A DNA stretch of 64,000 nt from Acidimicrobiia bacterium (GCA_041576165.1 JBFGLM010000018.1:1-64000); one strand, 5' to 3'. Counted from the first letter of the stretch, positions 1-9,353 are shown. The notes: a model not told the origin generated them from the sequence alone. Made by a program: numbers and translations.

Positions 1-1
1 C

Positions 2-232
2 GAGCAGCTCAACGCCATGAGCAAGCGGGGAGAGTGGGCGGCCATGGCAGACGTAATCACCGACGACATCGTCGAAGAGGTGGCCGTGGTGGCCCCTATC
101 GATGAGTTGGGCGGAGCGGTCCGCAAGAAGTACGACGGCGTACTCGGGCGCATGTCGTACTACGTGATGGGTGACCTCATGACCGGACTCGCCGATGAGG
201 ATTGGGCGGCCCTGGTGGCAGCCACCAAGTAG
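2..232 (+). CDS. LLM-class (probably F420-dependent) oxidoreductase, C-terminal fragment cut by the window edge
   Basis: EQLNAMSKRGEWAAMADVITDDIVEEVAVVAP resembles the C-terminus of the TIGR03617-like LLM family; frame is open from the window start. Confidence 0.65.
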   Translation, partial: EQLNAMSKRGEWAAMADVITDDIVEEVAVVAPIDELGGAVRKKYDGVLGRMSYYVMGDLMTGLADEDWAALVAATK

Positions 233-259
233 CCGCGGCGGGCGGCCACCGCTCGGGCG

Positions 260-925
260 TCAAGCCTCCAGGAATCGCAGCCGGGCGTCGGTGGTCAGGG
301 GCCCGAGGTGCCCAACGTCGTTGACGCTGCCGATACGCCGGGACGGGAGCAGCAGTGTCGACACCGAAGCGTTCCTGAGCGGGGCAAACGGGCCTCGGAA
401 GATGGCTCCGTCGATGGTGATGCCGAGCGCCCACATCAGGATCGCCATCGAAGTTCCGCCGTGGGACGACACGGCCACCACGTCGCCATCGGCGGCGGTG
501 GCCGCATCCGCCGCTATCGCAGCAACCGCACGAGTCTGGACATCGATCCACCGTTCGCCCCCCGGGCGCGGCACATCCTCCCCACTCCGGTAACGTTCCC
601 ACATCTCGGGCCAGCCCGCCTGGATCTCTTCCGGTGATTTGCCGCCCCATTCTCCATTGTTGATCTCCCGCAGCCGATCATCGAGTCGGAGGGGGACCCC
701 GGTCGCGGCCAGCGGCGCAACTGTGTCCGTGGCGCGGGAAAGATCGCTCGAGATGATACGGGTCACGCCCGCCTCTGCGAGACGCTGGGAGACGAGCCCG
801 GCCTGACGGCGACCAAACTCCGACAGGGGGACGTTGAGCTGGCCTATGAATCGATGCTCCCGGTTCCCTTCTGCCTCGCCGTGACGGACCAGGACATATG
901 TGACGCTGCGCGGCTCCGTTGTCAT
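260..925 (-). CDS. Histidine phosphatase family protein
   Basis: LVRHGE, SSDLSRA, LREINNGEW and SHGG motifs; ATG at 925 overlaps the upstream gene's stop (ATGA). Confidence 0.9.
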   Translation of the reverse strand: MTTEPRSVTYVLVRHGEAEGNREHRFIGQLNVPLSEFGRRQAGLVSQRLAEAGVTRIISSDLSRATDTVAPLAATGVPLRLDDRLREINNGEWGGKSPEEIQAGWPEMWERYRSGEDVPRPGGERWIDVQTRAVAAIAADAATAADGDVVAVSSHGGTSMAILMWALGITIDGAIFRGPFAPLRNASVSTLLLPSRRIGSVNDVGHLGPLTTDARLRFLEA

Positions 926-2511
926 CGAGCTGCCGCCAGGGCCGTATCCACCCGTGGATCGGCCGCCGCCGTTCGGAGCCCATCCGCCCGCACCGCAATC
1001 ATCGAAATCGGTCCGTTGGCCGCCGGCCAATCCGGGCCGATCGACACGATGTGGCCCCGTTCGGCAAGTTCGGCCGCGACCACATTCCGTACCCGGCCTT
1101 CCAACTGGACGTCTGATCGGTCTCCGTCCAGGTGTTCGGTTGTCCAGCGTGGGTAGGCCTGGGCGTCGGCCGGCTCCAGCCCCGCATAGAGGTGGAGAGC
1201 GGCCGCGGTGGCCAGGAGCTGGGGCTGTTGGTGACCGCCCCGAGTGCCCAGCAGCAGCCGCAGATCTTCGCCCTCGGTCCACAGGGTGGGCGCCAGCGTG
1301 TGCAATGGCCGCCGGCCGGGGGTGAGCTCATTGGCGTGTCCCGGCCGCAGGTTGAATCCGCCCCCTCGGTTGTGCAGCAGCACCCCGGTGTCGCCGGCGC
1401 CGATGCCCGCCCCGATTCCGTGGAAGTTCGACTGGATGAGCGAGATGGCGAGGCCGTCATCGTCGATGGCGCACATGTAGGCGGTGCCACCAGATGCCCG
1501 GGGATGCGCAGGCCAGACCCCGGTGGATGCGGGATCGATGGCGCCGGCCCGGGCCGCCAGCCGCTGCTCGGCCACCAGATCCTCCGGCGCCAGCGGTGCG
1601 GTGTCCGGGTCGGCGACGAGGTCGTCTCTTTCCCACGAGCTCGACCTGTACGCCTCGATGAGCAGATGCCAGAAGTCCGGGTTGTCGGGGTCGATCGGCG
1701 GATCGGTGAGCTCGAAGGTGCGAGCCGTCGCCAGCGTCAGATATCCCTGGGTGTTGGGTGGGGAAGTCCAGGCGGTGAGGCCAAAGACGTGGCGCCCGAG
1801 CGGATCCATCCAGTCGGCCAGCGGTCGCGAGCAATCGGTAGCCGTGATCGTGCCTCCGGTTGCCTCGGTCAGGGCGGCGCCGAACTCGCCCTCGTAGAAA
1901 CCCGCCCGGTCGCCCGCTGCCACCGTCCGCAGCGTCCGAGCTAGATCCAGGCGCACGATCCGCGCCCCCGGGACCGGGTTGCGGCCCTCCGGGTACATCG
2001 CTCGCGCAGAAGCCACGTTGGCCAACTCATCTGCGCGGCGGGTGAATGAGTCGGCGAGCTCGACAGAGGCGGGGAACCCACCGGCTGCCAGCCGGATCGC
2101 GGGTTCGAGCACGTCGGCGAAGGGCCGGGTGCCGTAGCGCTCGTGCAACGCCAGCCACCCGTCCACGCACCCCGGGACGGTGATCGCGGCGGGGTGAAAG
2201 AGCGGCATCACGTCATGCCCTGCCTCCCGCAGGGCGGCGGCGGACGCGCCGCTGCCGGCCCGTCCCGATGCGTTGAGATAAGTGGGAGTGGCGAGGCCCG
2301 GCCGGTGAATGAGTGCAAACAGATCACCACCGATGCCACACGTCTCGGGGGCCACCACCCCTTGCACCGCGTTGGTGGCGATGGCCGCATCGACGGAGTT
2401 TCCGCCGGCGGCCATGATCTCGAGCCCGGCAGCCGTGGCGAGTTCGTGTGGCGACACCACCGCTGATCCGTAGGTGGTTGAGCTGCGTGCCGGTGTCAGG
2501 ACGGTCATCAC
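922..2511 (-). CDS. ggt: Gamma-glutamyltransferase family protein
   Basis: GGNSVDAAIA, CGIGGDLF, nucleophile Thr in GGTAYMC, RPLHTLAP and terminal AADPR. Confidence 0.9.
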   Translation of the reverse strand: MMTVLTPARSSTTYGSAVVSPHELATAAGLEIMAAGGNSVDAAIATNAVQGVVAPETCGIGGDLFALIHRPGLATPTYLNASGRAGSGASAAALREAGHDVMPLFHPAAITVPGCVDGWLALHERYGTRPFADVLEPAIRLAAGGFPASVELADSFTRRADELANVASARAMYPEGRNPVPGARIVRLDLARTLRTVAAGDRAGFYEGEFGAALTEATGGTITATDCSRPLADWMDPLGRHVFGLTAWTSPPNTQGYLTLATARTFELTDPPIDPDNPDFWHLLIEAYRSSSWERDDLVADPDTAPLAPEDLVAEQRLAARAGAIDPASTGVWPAHPRASGGTAYMCAIDDDGLAISLIQSNFHGIGAGIGAGDTGVLLHNRGGGFNLRPGHANELTPGRRPLHTLAPTLWTEGEDLRLLLGTRGGHQQPQLLATAAALHLYAGLEPADAQAYPRWTTEHLDGDRSDVQLEGRVRNVVAAELAERGHIVSIGPDWPAANGPISMIAVRADGLRTAAADPRVDTALAAAR

Positions 2512-2568
2512 CGAACGGTAGCCGGTACACGGCGAGAAGAATCGCGACTCCGGCTACCGTGAACTGGC

Positions 2569-3090
2569 ATGTCGCATCCAGAACGTACTGCGAGCCCGAC
2601 CACGATCTCGGACAAGACATTCTTGGAGGTCATGGGCAACGTCGCCGCCAGTGTGACAGTGGTCACGACCTCCTACGACGGTGTCCATTACGGGCTCACC
2701 GTGTCGGCTTTCTCGTCAGTCTCGCGGACCCCCCCGCTGGTGCTCGTGTGCATCGACAAGTCGGCCAATACCCTCGAACCACTCCGGGCCGCCGGAGGAT
2801 TCACCGTGAACTTCCTGGCAGAAGGCCGAGAAGACACCGCGATGGTCTTCGCGTCACGCGACGACGACAAGTTCGATCAGGTGGTCCATGAGAGTTCCAC
2901 ACTCGAGGGAGCCGGACCGTGGTTGCCCGAGGATGCGATGGCATATTTCGAGTGTTCGATCTATTCAGAAATGGAGGCCGGTGACCACTGGGTGTTCATC
3001 GGGCGGGTCCACCACGGATACCGGATTGATTCGGCTGCTCCTCTGGTGTATTGCCGGCGGCAGTTTGTGCCGGTGCCGCTAGACGGCTGA
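2569..3090 (+). CDS. Flavin reductase family protein
   Basis: VTVVTT, GLTVSAFSSVS..PPLVLVC, GDHWVFIG and PLVY motifs. Confidence 0.9.
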   Translation: MSHPERTASPTTISDKTFLEVMGNVAASVTVVTTSYDGVHYGLTVSAFSSVSRTPPLVLVCIDKSANTLEPLRAAGGFTVNFLAEGREDTAMVFASRDDDKFDQVVHESSTLEGAGPWLPEDAMAYFECSIYSEMEAGDHWVFIGRVHHGYRIDSAAPLVYCRRQFVPVPLDG

Positions 3091-3098
3091 CGGCGCGT

Positions 3099-3716
3099 TC
3101 ACCGCTTCAGCTGGGGAATCTGGCGGTTGAGGGCATCCAGCACAGCCCGTACCGCCGCTTGGCCGGGGTCGGTTGCTACGAGGGCGGAGCCGATCAGGCT
3201 GCGTTCCTCCCCGTTGGCGACCATCACCACGACTGCCACCATGACCAGCCGCGGACCAATCGAGAGCTGGTCTATGTTCGACAGCGCAAAGGCGACGTCC
3301 CCGCCGATCGCCTGTTCCAGCGCCTTCAGTGTTGCTTCACCCACCAAACGTGGTCGCGTCTCGTGTGCCGCCGGGCCGGTGGAGGAGCCGACGAAGATCT
3401 CGTTGCGCCATCCCAGCTTCACTTGGCGCTCGACGCGGGAACCGGCTGGGATCTCGACGATTTCCTCGATCGAGGGCCGCTCGGCCGGGACGAGTTGGTC
3501 GCTTTCGAGCTGAACGACCGAAACCGTACGCCGGTCGACCGCAACCCCAAACGCAGCCATTGCCAACGACTGGATGTCGCGAACGATCTGCTTGGGAGGC
3601 TTGCCCGGCGTGGCCAGGACGTGGACTTCCGTGACGTGCCCGTTCGACTCGACCACGCGGATGGCCTCGACCGACGGAAGTCGCTCGAGAGTCTCTTGCA
3701 GCTCCCGGTATCTCAC
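3099..3716 (-). CDS. Conserved hypothetical protein
   Basis: Protein-like ORF (EVHVLA..PKQIVRDIQS, AAVRAVLDALNR) divergent from the HD-GYP-like pair. Confidence 0.75.
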   Translation of the reverse strand: MRYRELQETLERLPSVEAIRVVESNGHVTEVHVLATPGKPPKQIVRDIQSLAMAAFGVAVDRRTVSVVQLESDQLVPAERPSIEEIVEIPAGSRVERQVKLGWRNEIFVGSSTGPAAHETRPRLVGEATLKALEQAIGGDVAFALSNIDQLSIGPRLVMVAVVVMVANGEERSLIGSALVATDPGQAAVRAVLDALNRQIPQLKR

Positions 3717-3737
3717 CCAACGGTGAGCGTAACGGTC

Positions 3738-3765
3738 TCAGATCACGCTGAAAAGCGTGATCTGA
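3738..3765. promoter_or_regulatory. Perfect 12-bp inverted repeat (operator or hairpin)
   Basis: TCAGATCACGCT-gaaa-AGCGTGATCTGA, about 20 nt upstream of the 3716 start. Confidence 0.5.
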
Positions 3766-4121
3766 ATAGCATTTTGAAATCTCCAGGTGGTCGTCTCGCC
3801 GCTGTTCGTGTTCAGAATCCCCTTGGCAAGCGGCTCACTGCCGCTACGATGCCGCCCGGCTGCCGTTCCGAGCAGACCAGGCGGGTGCCGTGGCGGGTAC
3901 GGATCCTCGATTGGTGTCGGCTTTTGCACGGGCGTTGCGGCTGTTGAGAACTCAAGGTCGTCGGACGTGATGCCGATGATCCGCGCATCGGGCCGCAACG
4001 TTTCAAGGCCAAGCGGAGCGGATTCGTCTCCTCGTTCTCGGAGCGGGGAAACACACCCCTGATGGAGGGTGATACCGATACACGCTGAGGACGGATACTT
4101 GCTCAAAAGTCTGAAGGTGGG

Positions 4122-5471
4122 TTGAGCAAGCCCAGGTCCGATGCGCAGAGTTCTCTCGCCGGGGCCGCAGTGCAACGACTAGGCAGACAGAAACAAGCAC
4201 TCGGGGCCGGCTACCTGCTCGTGGCGGCGGGTGGCCTCACGTTTCTGTTCAAGACGGCGTCGCTGCCGCCGCTGAGCCAGCTCCTGTGGTTCGTTGCCCT
4301 CGCCGGTCTCGTGGATTGGCGTTCCGTCGAGATCAGCCCCAAGTTGCGGGCGAGTTCCACGGTCATGGTCATCCTGGCCGCCGGCGTCGCGTTCCGGGAC
4401 TATGGATCCGGGCTGGCGATGGCGCTCGTGGCCGCCGGGGGCGCAGTAGGGCCGGTGGATATCCGGGAACGGCGCGTGTTCTTTCCTGCGGTCAACCTGG
4501 GACAGCTGATCGTGTCGGCGGTGGCGGGGGGCGTGACACTGGATTGGCTGTTCGACGCCATGGCTGAGTCGGGTGGACTGTCTGCAGTGGCCGTTGCCGC
4601 CGGCCTAGCGGGAGTGGTCCAGGCGACGGTGAACTTCGCCCAGGTTTCCATCATTCGCAGGCTGGTGATGGGCACCGGCGAGCAGCGCCCATGGAGCGGG
4701 ATGAATCAGGTACTGGCCGCCTACGCGCTGCTGTCGGCCGTAGGCGGGCTCTTCGGCGCCACGTACAACCTGGTCGGGCCCGAGGTCACCCCCTTCATCG
4801 TGATCATGGTTCTGATGGCGCACTTCGCCGCCACCTCCTATGCCGCCGAACGAGAGGCACGAGAGTCGACCATGCGCGGGTTCATCAAAGCGCTCGAAGC
4901 GAGGGACCTCTACGCCAAGGGTCACACCGAGCGGGTCGCACACTTTGCGACACTCATCGCAGAGGAACTAGGGCTGCGGGCCGCCAGGATCGAGCGGCTC
5001 AGATGGGCGGCCCTCTTGAGCGACGTCAGTTCCCTGGCTGTGCCGCGCGATCTGCTCGAGCATCAGGATCACCTGACAGCCGAGGAGCAACTCCAGATCG
5101 ATACCTACACGGGCACGGTGGACGACATGCTGGCCCGTGTCGCTTTCCTCGAATCTGCGATGGAGATTGTCCGTCGTCGAGATTTCTCACGGATTCCGGA
5201 GGTTGTCGACGATGACGTGACCGACGCCCACGTACTGGGAGTCGCCAAGCGATTCGATCAACTGACCTTCGCCGGTCGCTATCAGGCGCGCACGCAGCAA
5301 CAGGCGTTCGCTGCGCTGCGGGATGTCCGCGACCGCCGGTTCCTGCCGCATGTCGTAGACGCATTGGAGCGCAGCGTCGAGAACTCGGGGATGACGTACG
5401 GCGCAATCGAGTTGTCGAACCCCGTAACGCTGGACGACCTGGCCAAACGGCGGATCTATGAACGTCGTTGA
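4122..5471 (+). CDS. Membrane protein with degenerate HD-GYP domain (start may be GTG 4170)
   Basis: Multi-TM N-terminus, then KALEARDLYAKGHTERVA; HD is replaced by SD (LLSDV); HHE and GYP are absent. Confidence 0.85.
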   Translation: MSKPRSDAQSSLAGAAVQRLGRQKQALGAGYLLVAAGGLTFLFKTASLPPLSQLLWFVALAGLVDWRSVEISPKLRASSTVMVILAAGVAFRDYGSGLAMALVAAGGAVGPVDIRERRVFFPAVNLGQLIVSAVAGGVTLDWLFDAMAESGGLSAVAVAAGLAGVVQATVNFAQVSIIRRLVMGTGEQRPWSGMNQVLAAYALLSAVGGLFGATYNLVGPEVTPFIVIMVLMAHFAATSYAAEREARESTMRGFIKALEARDLYAKGHTERVAHFATLIAEELGLRAARIERLRWAALLSDVSSLAVPRDLLEHQDHLTAEEQLQIDTYTGTVDDMLARVAFLESAMEIVRRRDFSRIPEVVDDDVTDAHVLGVAKRFDQLTFAGRYQARTQQQAFAALRDVRDRRFLPHVVDALERSVENSGMTYGAIELSNPVTLDDLAKRRIYERR

Positions 5472-6693
5472 TCTGTTGGGACGCTCCCGGGCACTGTGCG
5501 GTCTGGCCGCATCCGCTGCCGTCGGGCTGGTCGCGGGGGCCATGATGCTCGGTGATCCACAGTCGGCAATAGTGGTGGTCATATCGGTGGCAGGGGCCGC
5601 TGCTTCGATGGTGACGCTGCCGACCGCCACTGGGCGGCGGTACAACGTGTCGGTCGCAGTGGCGATCGCGGCGCCGTCCCTTCTCGCGGCGGACGGTTTC
5701 GCGATGAGATTGCGCCCGGCGGCAGTGGCGGTGTTGCTGGGGGTGGTCGGTTCTCACATCGCCCCGCTGCTGCGGGGAGGCCGCCTCGGCCGGATCATGT
5801 GGTCGATCATGCGCTTCGGTGTCCTCAGTTCGGTCCATTTCTGGGTGTATGGATGGGTGGCGGCCGTGGTGTGGCCGGCGGTTGCCCCCGACCGCGGACG
5901 AGCCGCCCTGATCGGCTCGGCCGTCGGCGCCGTCGCTTGGCTGGCGGCACACGTGGCCGCCCCCTCGATCGGAGACCCACGGGCCAAATCGCTCCGATCG
6001 CGAATATTGGATCGGGTGGCGGAATGGCCGCCGCTCGTCACGTTGCTGGCAACCGGTGCCTTCTTCGGTGTCGTCTGGCAAGAGATGCCATGGTGGTGGG
6101 CCCTGGTGGTGGCGCTGGTCCCGTACCTGTTCGCCCACTTGGGATTCTCGCTTTCCGCCCGCACAGCCGGCACCTACCGCTCCACCATCCACGCCCTGTC
6201 GCGGGTACCGGAAGTGGCCGGATTGACGCCGGACGGGCACGGCGGCCGTACGGCCGAACTGTCGCTTGCAATCGCCGGGGAGATCGGGATGCCGGCGACG
6301 GAGCGGGCGGAGCTGGAAAGGGCAGCCCTCCTGCATGACATCGGCCGTCTTACTCTCAGCCAGCCAACGATCCTTCGTCGGGGATTCTCAGATGAGGATG
6401 TCGCCCGCTGGGGTGCAGACATGATCCGGGAGGCGCCCACGCTGCAACACGTGGCTGACATCGTGGCGCACCAGCACGAGCCGTATCGCCGTCCCGGGGA
6501 ACGGCTCGACCCCAACCTGCCGCTCGGTTCGAAGATCATACGGGTGGCGAGCGCGTACGATCACGCCACCACCGAGCTGGGTTTCCTGCCGCTGGAGGCG
6601 CTGGAGTTGCTCCACCGCGGCGCGGCATATGACTTCGATCCCGATGTGGTGGACGCGACGAGGGCGGTGCTGGAGCAGCGTGGCGCAGTGTGA
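5458..6693 (+). CDS. Membrane protein with HD-GYP-like domain
   Basis: TM region, then GHGGRTA, ALLHDIG, HQHEPY, IIRVASAYD and FDPDVV; overlaps the upstream gene by 14 nt. Confidence 0.85.
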   Translation: MNVVDLLGRSRALCGLAASAAVGLVAGAMMLGDPQSAIVVVISVAGAAASMVTLPTATGRRYNVSVAVAIAAPSLLAADGFAMRLRPAAVAVLLGVVGSHIAPLLRGGRLGRIMWSIMRFGVLSSVHFWVYGWVAAVVWPAVAPDRGRAALIGSAVGAVAWLAAHVAAPSIGDPRAKSLRSRILDRVAEWPPLVTLLATGAFFGVVWQEMPWWWALVVALVPYLFAHLGFSLSARTAGTYRSTIHALSRVPEVAGLTPDGHGGRTAELSLAIAGEIGMPATERAELERAALLHDIGRLTLSQPTILRRGFSDEDVARWGADMIREAPTLQHVADIVAHQHEPYRRPGERLDPNLPLGSKIIRVASAYDHATTELGFLPLEALELLHRGAAYDFDPDVVDATRAVLEQRGAV

Positions 6694-6695
6694 GC

Positions 6696-7289
6696 TCAGA
6701 GCCCGCCTGCAGCAGAACCGGCCTTCGCCTGTGCGCCGTACTTGAACCAGCGCACCGGCTTGCGCAACTCGGACTCGAGAAACCTCCCGAGTCCCACGGC
6801 CAGGAATACATCGCCGAGAGAAATCACCTGTCCCTGGCCGAAGATTCGCAGCGGGATCACGTCGGCGAGGAACGTGAGGCGTGACGAACTGTCGAGGATC
6901 ACGTGTTTGTAGACGTCGCGAATGGCGATCTCGTCGGCGAACCCTCCGGCCACCTGGGCGGCTTCGCGGAGGACGGGCATCCCGCCGTTAAGGGCGATCA
7001 CGGTGACGTTCATCAGAATCCCGACCCCGACCAGCCACATCCCCGCACTTTCGCGGTTCAGGAGGACCACCACGATCAGCGGCAGGTAGGACACCAGGAC
7101 CATCGCCACGCCGACGGTCCGCCCCCAGCTCTGGTCGGCCGGCAGGAACGCAGTGCCCGCCTGCAGCAGGAACCCAATCGGCAGCAACCACCAGAACCGC
7201 AATCGGATATCAGCGAGATTGCTCAAGCGGCCACCGCGCACCACCGCAACGGCCACTGCCACGAACAAGACCAGCCCCAACCAGACCAT
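6696..7289 (-). CDS. DUF5317-family membrane protein
   Basis: RGGRLSNL, NGGMPV, FLADVIP and VISLGDV motifs; hydrophobic; ATG at 7289. Confidence 0.8.
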   Translation of the reverse strand: MVWLGLVLFVAVAVAVVRGGRLSNLADIRLRFWWLLPIGFLLQAGTAFLPADQSWGRTVGVAMVLVSYLPLIVVVLLNRESAGMWLVGVGILMNVTVIALNGGMPVLREAAQVAGGFADEIAIRDVYKHVILDSSSRLTFLADVIPLRIFGQGQVISLGDVFLAVGLGRFLESELRKPVRWFKYGAQAKAGSAAGGL

Positions 7290-7372
7290 GGGGCACCGTA
7301 CCACCGACTGCAGGGCATCAGGAGCGGAACCGGCCGCCTCGCCGGTATGGTGCATGTCGGCAAGGAGATGGA

Positions 7373-8143
7373 GTGCTTCGTTACGACGTTGATCCGCCCC
7401 GGGCGACGATCACGCTCGACGACCCCGAGCGGCGCAACCCCCTGTCGGGCGCCGCCATGGCGAAGATGGCCCACGCGCTCGAACGAGCGATCGCCGACGA
7501 CGAGGTACGGGTCATCGTCTTCACCGGCGCAGGCGACAAGGCATTCTCGGCCGGCGGTGACCTGGCCAGTGGTTTCTTCGACGACCCGGTCGGGCTCCAT
7601 CAAACCCGGGGGTTGATCTCCGACGTGTTTCGCATGATGCGGCGCGGCGGCAAACCCACGATCGCCCGCGTCAACGGGCATGCGCTGGCCGGTGGCTTCG
7701 GGCTGGCGGCCGCCTGCGATATCGTCGTCGCAGTCCGTCACGCCAGGATGGGGACGACCGAGATCAAAGTCGGCCTGTGGCCCATGCAGATCTCGGCGAT
7801 CCTGCAACGACTCATGCCCGCCCGTCGGGCCCTCGAGCTCTTCATGACCGGACGGATCTTCGACGCAGCTGAAGCAGTAGAGCTAGGGATCGTGACCGAG
7901 GCGGTACCCGACCTCGAAGCGCTGGACGCAGTGGTCGACCGCTACATCGACGCATTGGCTGGCACACCCCGCGCCGCCATGACATTCGGCCGTGACGCCT
8001 TCTACCTCGTCCAAGACCTGGGCCTCGATGCGGCCTTCGATCACCTCCAGGTAGGATTGACCGCCACGACGATGAGCGAGGATGCCAGGGAAGGCGTGGC
8101 AGCCTTTGTCGAGAAGCGGGGTCCGAATTGGTCGGGCCGCTGA
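7373..8143 (+). CDS. Enoyl-CoA hydratase/isomerase family protein
   Basis: AFSAGGDL, ALAGGFGLAAACD and EDAREGVAAFVEKR. Confidence 0.92.
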   Translation: MLRYDVDPPRATITLDDPERRNPLSGAAMAKMAHALERAIADDEVRVIVFTGAGDKAFSAGGDLASGFFDDPVGLHQTRGLISDVFRMMRRGGKPTIARVNGHALAGGFGLAAACDIVVAVRHARMGTTEIKVGLWPMQISAILQRLMPARRALELFMTGRIFDAAEAVELGIVTEAVPDLEALDAVVDRYIDALAGTPRAAMTFGRDAFYLVQDLGLDAAFDHLQVGLTATTMSEDAREGVAAFVEKRGPNWSGR

Positions 8144-8258
8144 GGTTCCGAGCGGGGTTCAGGCTGCCGCCCCCGGAGCCGAAACTTTCGAGAACAGTCA
8201 ACAGGACGACGCTCTGCGCGATCTAGGATCGCGCCCCCTCTAACGTCGACGGATCGGG

Positions 8259-8990
8259 ATGAAGGCAATCAAGGCAATCGGTTGGAGCATGATCACAGCA
8301 GGGACGCTGATCCTGCTGTTCCTCGGCTATCAGCTGGTATTCACCAACTTCGTCACTTCGCGGGCCCAGGACGCGGCCGCCGTCAAGCTATCCGAGCGCT
8401 TCGAGACGATGCGCCAGGCGCTACCAGAGCCCGAAGAGGTCGAGGTCATCCCGCCGGACTCAACTCCTGAAAACAGCGACAACGCGACCGCAACCGATGA
8501 GGAGCAGGTGTCACTCTTCTCGGAACCGGCGCCGGAGATGGGCGACGAGTTCGGTCGGATCCAGATCCCCCGACTCGAGCTCGAACACATCATCTTCGAG
8601 GGTGTCGACCGGGAGACCTTGAAGAACGGCCCCGGCCATATGCCATGGACGCCGCTTCCCGGCCAGCCCGGCAATGCCGTCCTCTCCGGCCACCGCACTA
8701 CCTATGGCGCGCCGTTCTACGACCTGGACCTGTTGACTCCGGGTGACGAGATCATGGTCGAGACCCTGGTGGGAACGCACATCTACGTCGTCCGCGAGTC
8801 GCTGATCGTCCAGCCGACCGACGTGTGGGTCACCGACTCCCGGCCGGGCGCTTGGCTGACGCTGACGACATGTAATCCTCGCTTCTCGGCGCGTGAGCGC
8901 CTGGTGGTGTTCGCGGAGCTCGTCGATGGTCCGAATCACGCATATGCTCGCGCGGCCAAGGATGGTTTGATCGAGCTGGTGAGCGCCTGA
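8259..8990 (+). CDS. Class E sortase
   Basis: N-terminal TM; GNAVLSGHRTTYG and LTLTTCNP..R give the His-Cys-Arg triad. Confidence 0.92.
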   Translation: MKAIKAIGWSMITAGTLILLFLGYQLVFTNFVTSRAQDAAAVKLSERFETMRQALPEPEEVEVIPPDSTPENSDNATATDEEQVSLFSEPAPEMGDEFGRIQIPRLELEHIIFEGVDRETLKNGPGHMPWTPLPGQPGNAVLSGHRTTYGAPFYDLDLLTPGDEIMVETLVGTHIYVVRESLIVQPTDVWVTDSRPGAWLTLTTCNPRFSARERLVVFAELVDGPNHAYARAAKDGLIELVSA

Positions 8991-9139
8991 TGCGAAAGGT
9001 CTTCGATGCCCTCCCCGGGCCGGTGGCCGTGAAGCTCCTGATCGCAGTCGTCGTAGTCGTCGTGGTATTGATCCTGCTCGGGTTCGTGTTTGAAGCCGCG
9101 GGGGACTTTCTCGACGACGGCGGCACGATCGGCGCCTGA
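8990..9139 (+). CDS. Small single-TM protein (49 aa; not in the ORF track)
   Basis: MRKVFDALPGPVAVKLLIAVVVVVVVLILLGFVFEAAGDFLDDGGTIGA; TGATG-coupled to the sortase and ends just before the next gene. Confidence 0.7.
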   Translation: MRKVFDALPGPVAVKLLIAVVVVVVVLILLGFVFEAAGDFLDDGGTIGA

Positions 9140-9140
9140 T

Positions 9141-9353
9141 GTGACGGCTATCAGGTCCGAGATGGTGGCCAACGTCTGGAAGGTCAGGGTGGCCGTCGGC
9201 CAGTCGGTCGACACCGGCGAAGAACTCGTGATCCTCGAGTCGATGAAAATGGAGATACCGGTCGAGGCGCCCCACGCCGGGACCGTGACAGCGCTCCACG
9301 TCGATACCGATCAGGTGGTCAACGAAGGCGATTTGATCGCCGAGGTCGAGTGA
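9141..9353 (+). CDS. Biotin/lipoyl carrier protein
   Basis: ILESMKMEIPV biotinylation motif; about 70-aa stand-alone domain. Confidence 0.9.
   Translation: MTAIRSEMVANVWKVRVAVGQSVDTGEELVILESMKMEIPVEAPHAGTVTALHVDTDQVVNEGDLIAEVE

Noticed and set aside
3820-3960. Possible c-di-GMP riboswitch beside the HD-GYP genes
   Set aside because: A hairpin exists (CCGCCCGG/CCAGGCGG) but the GGCAAA and ACGCAAA core of c-di-GMP-I is absent
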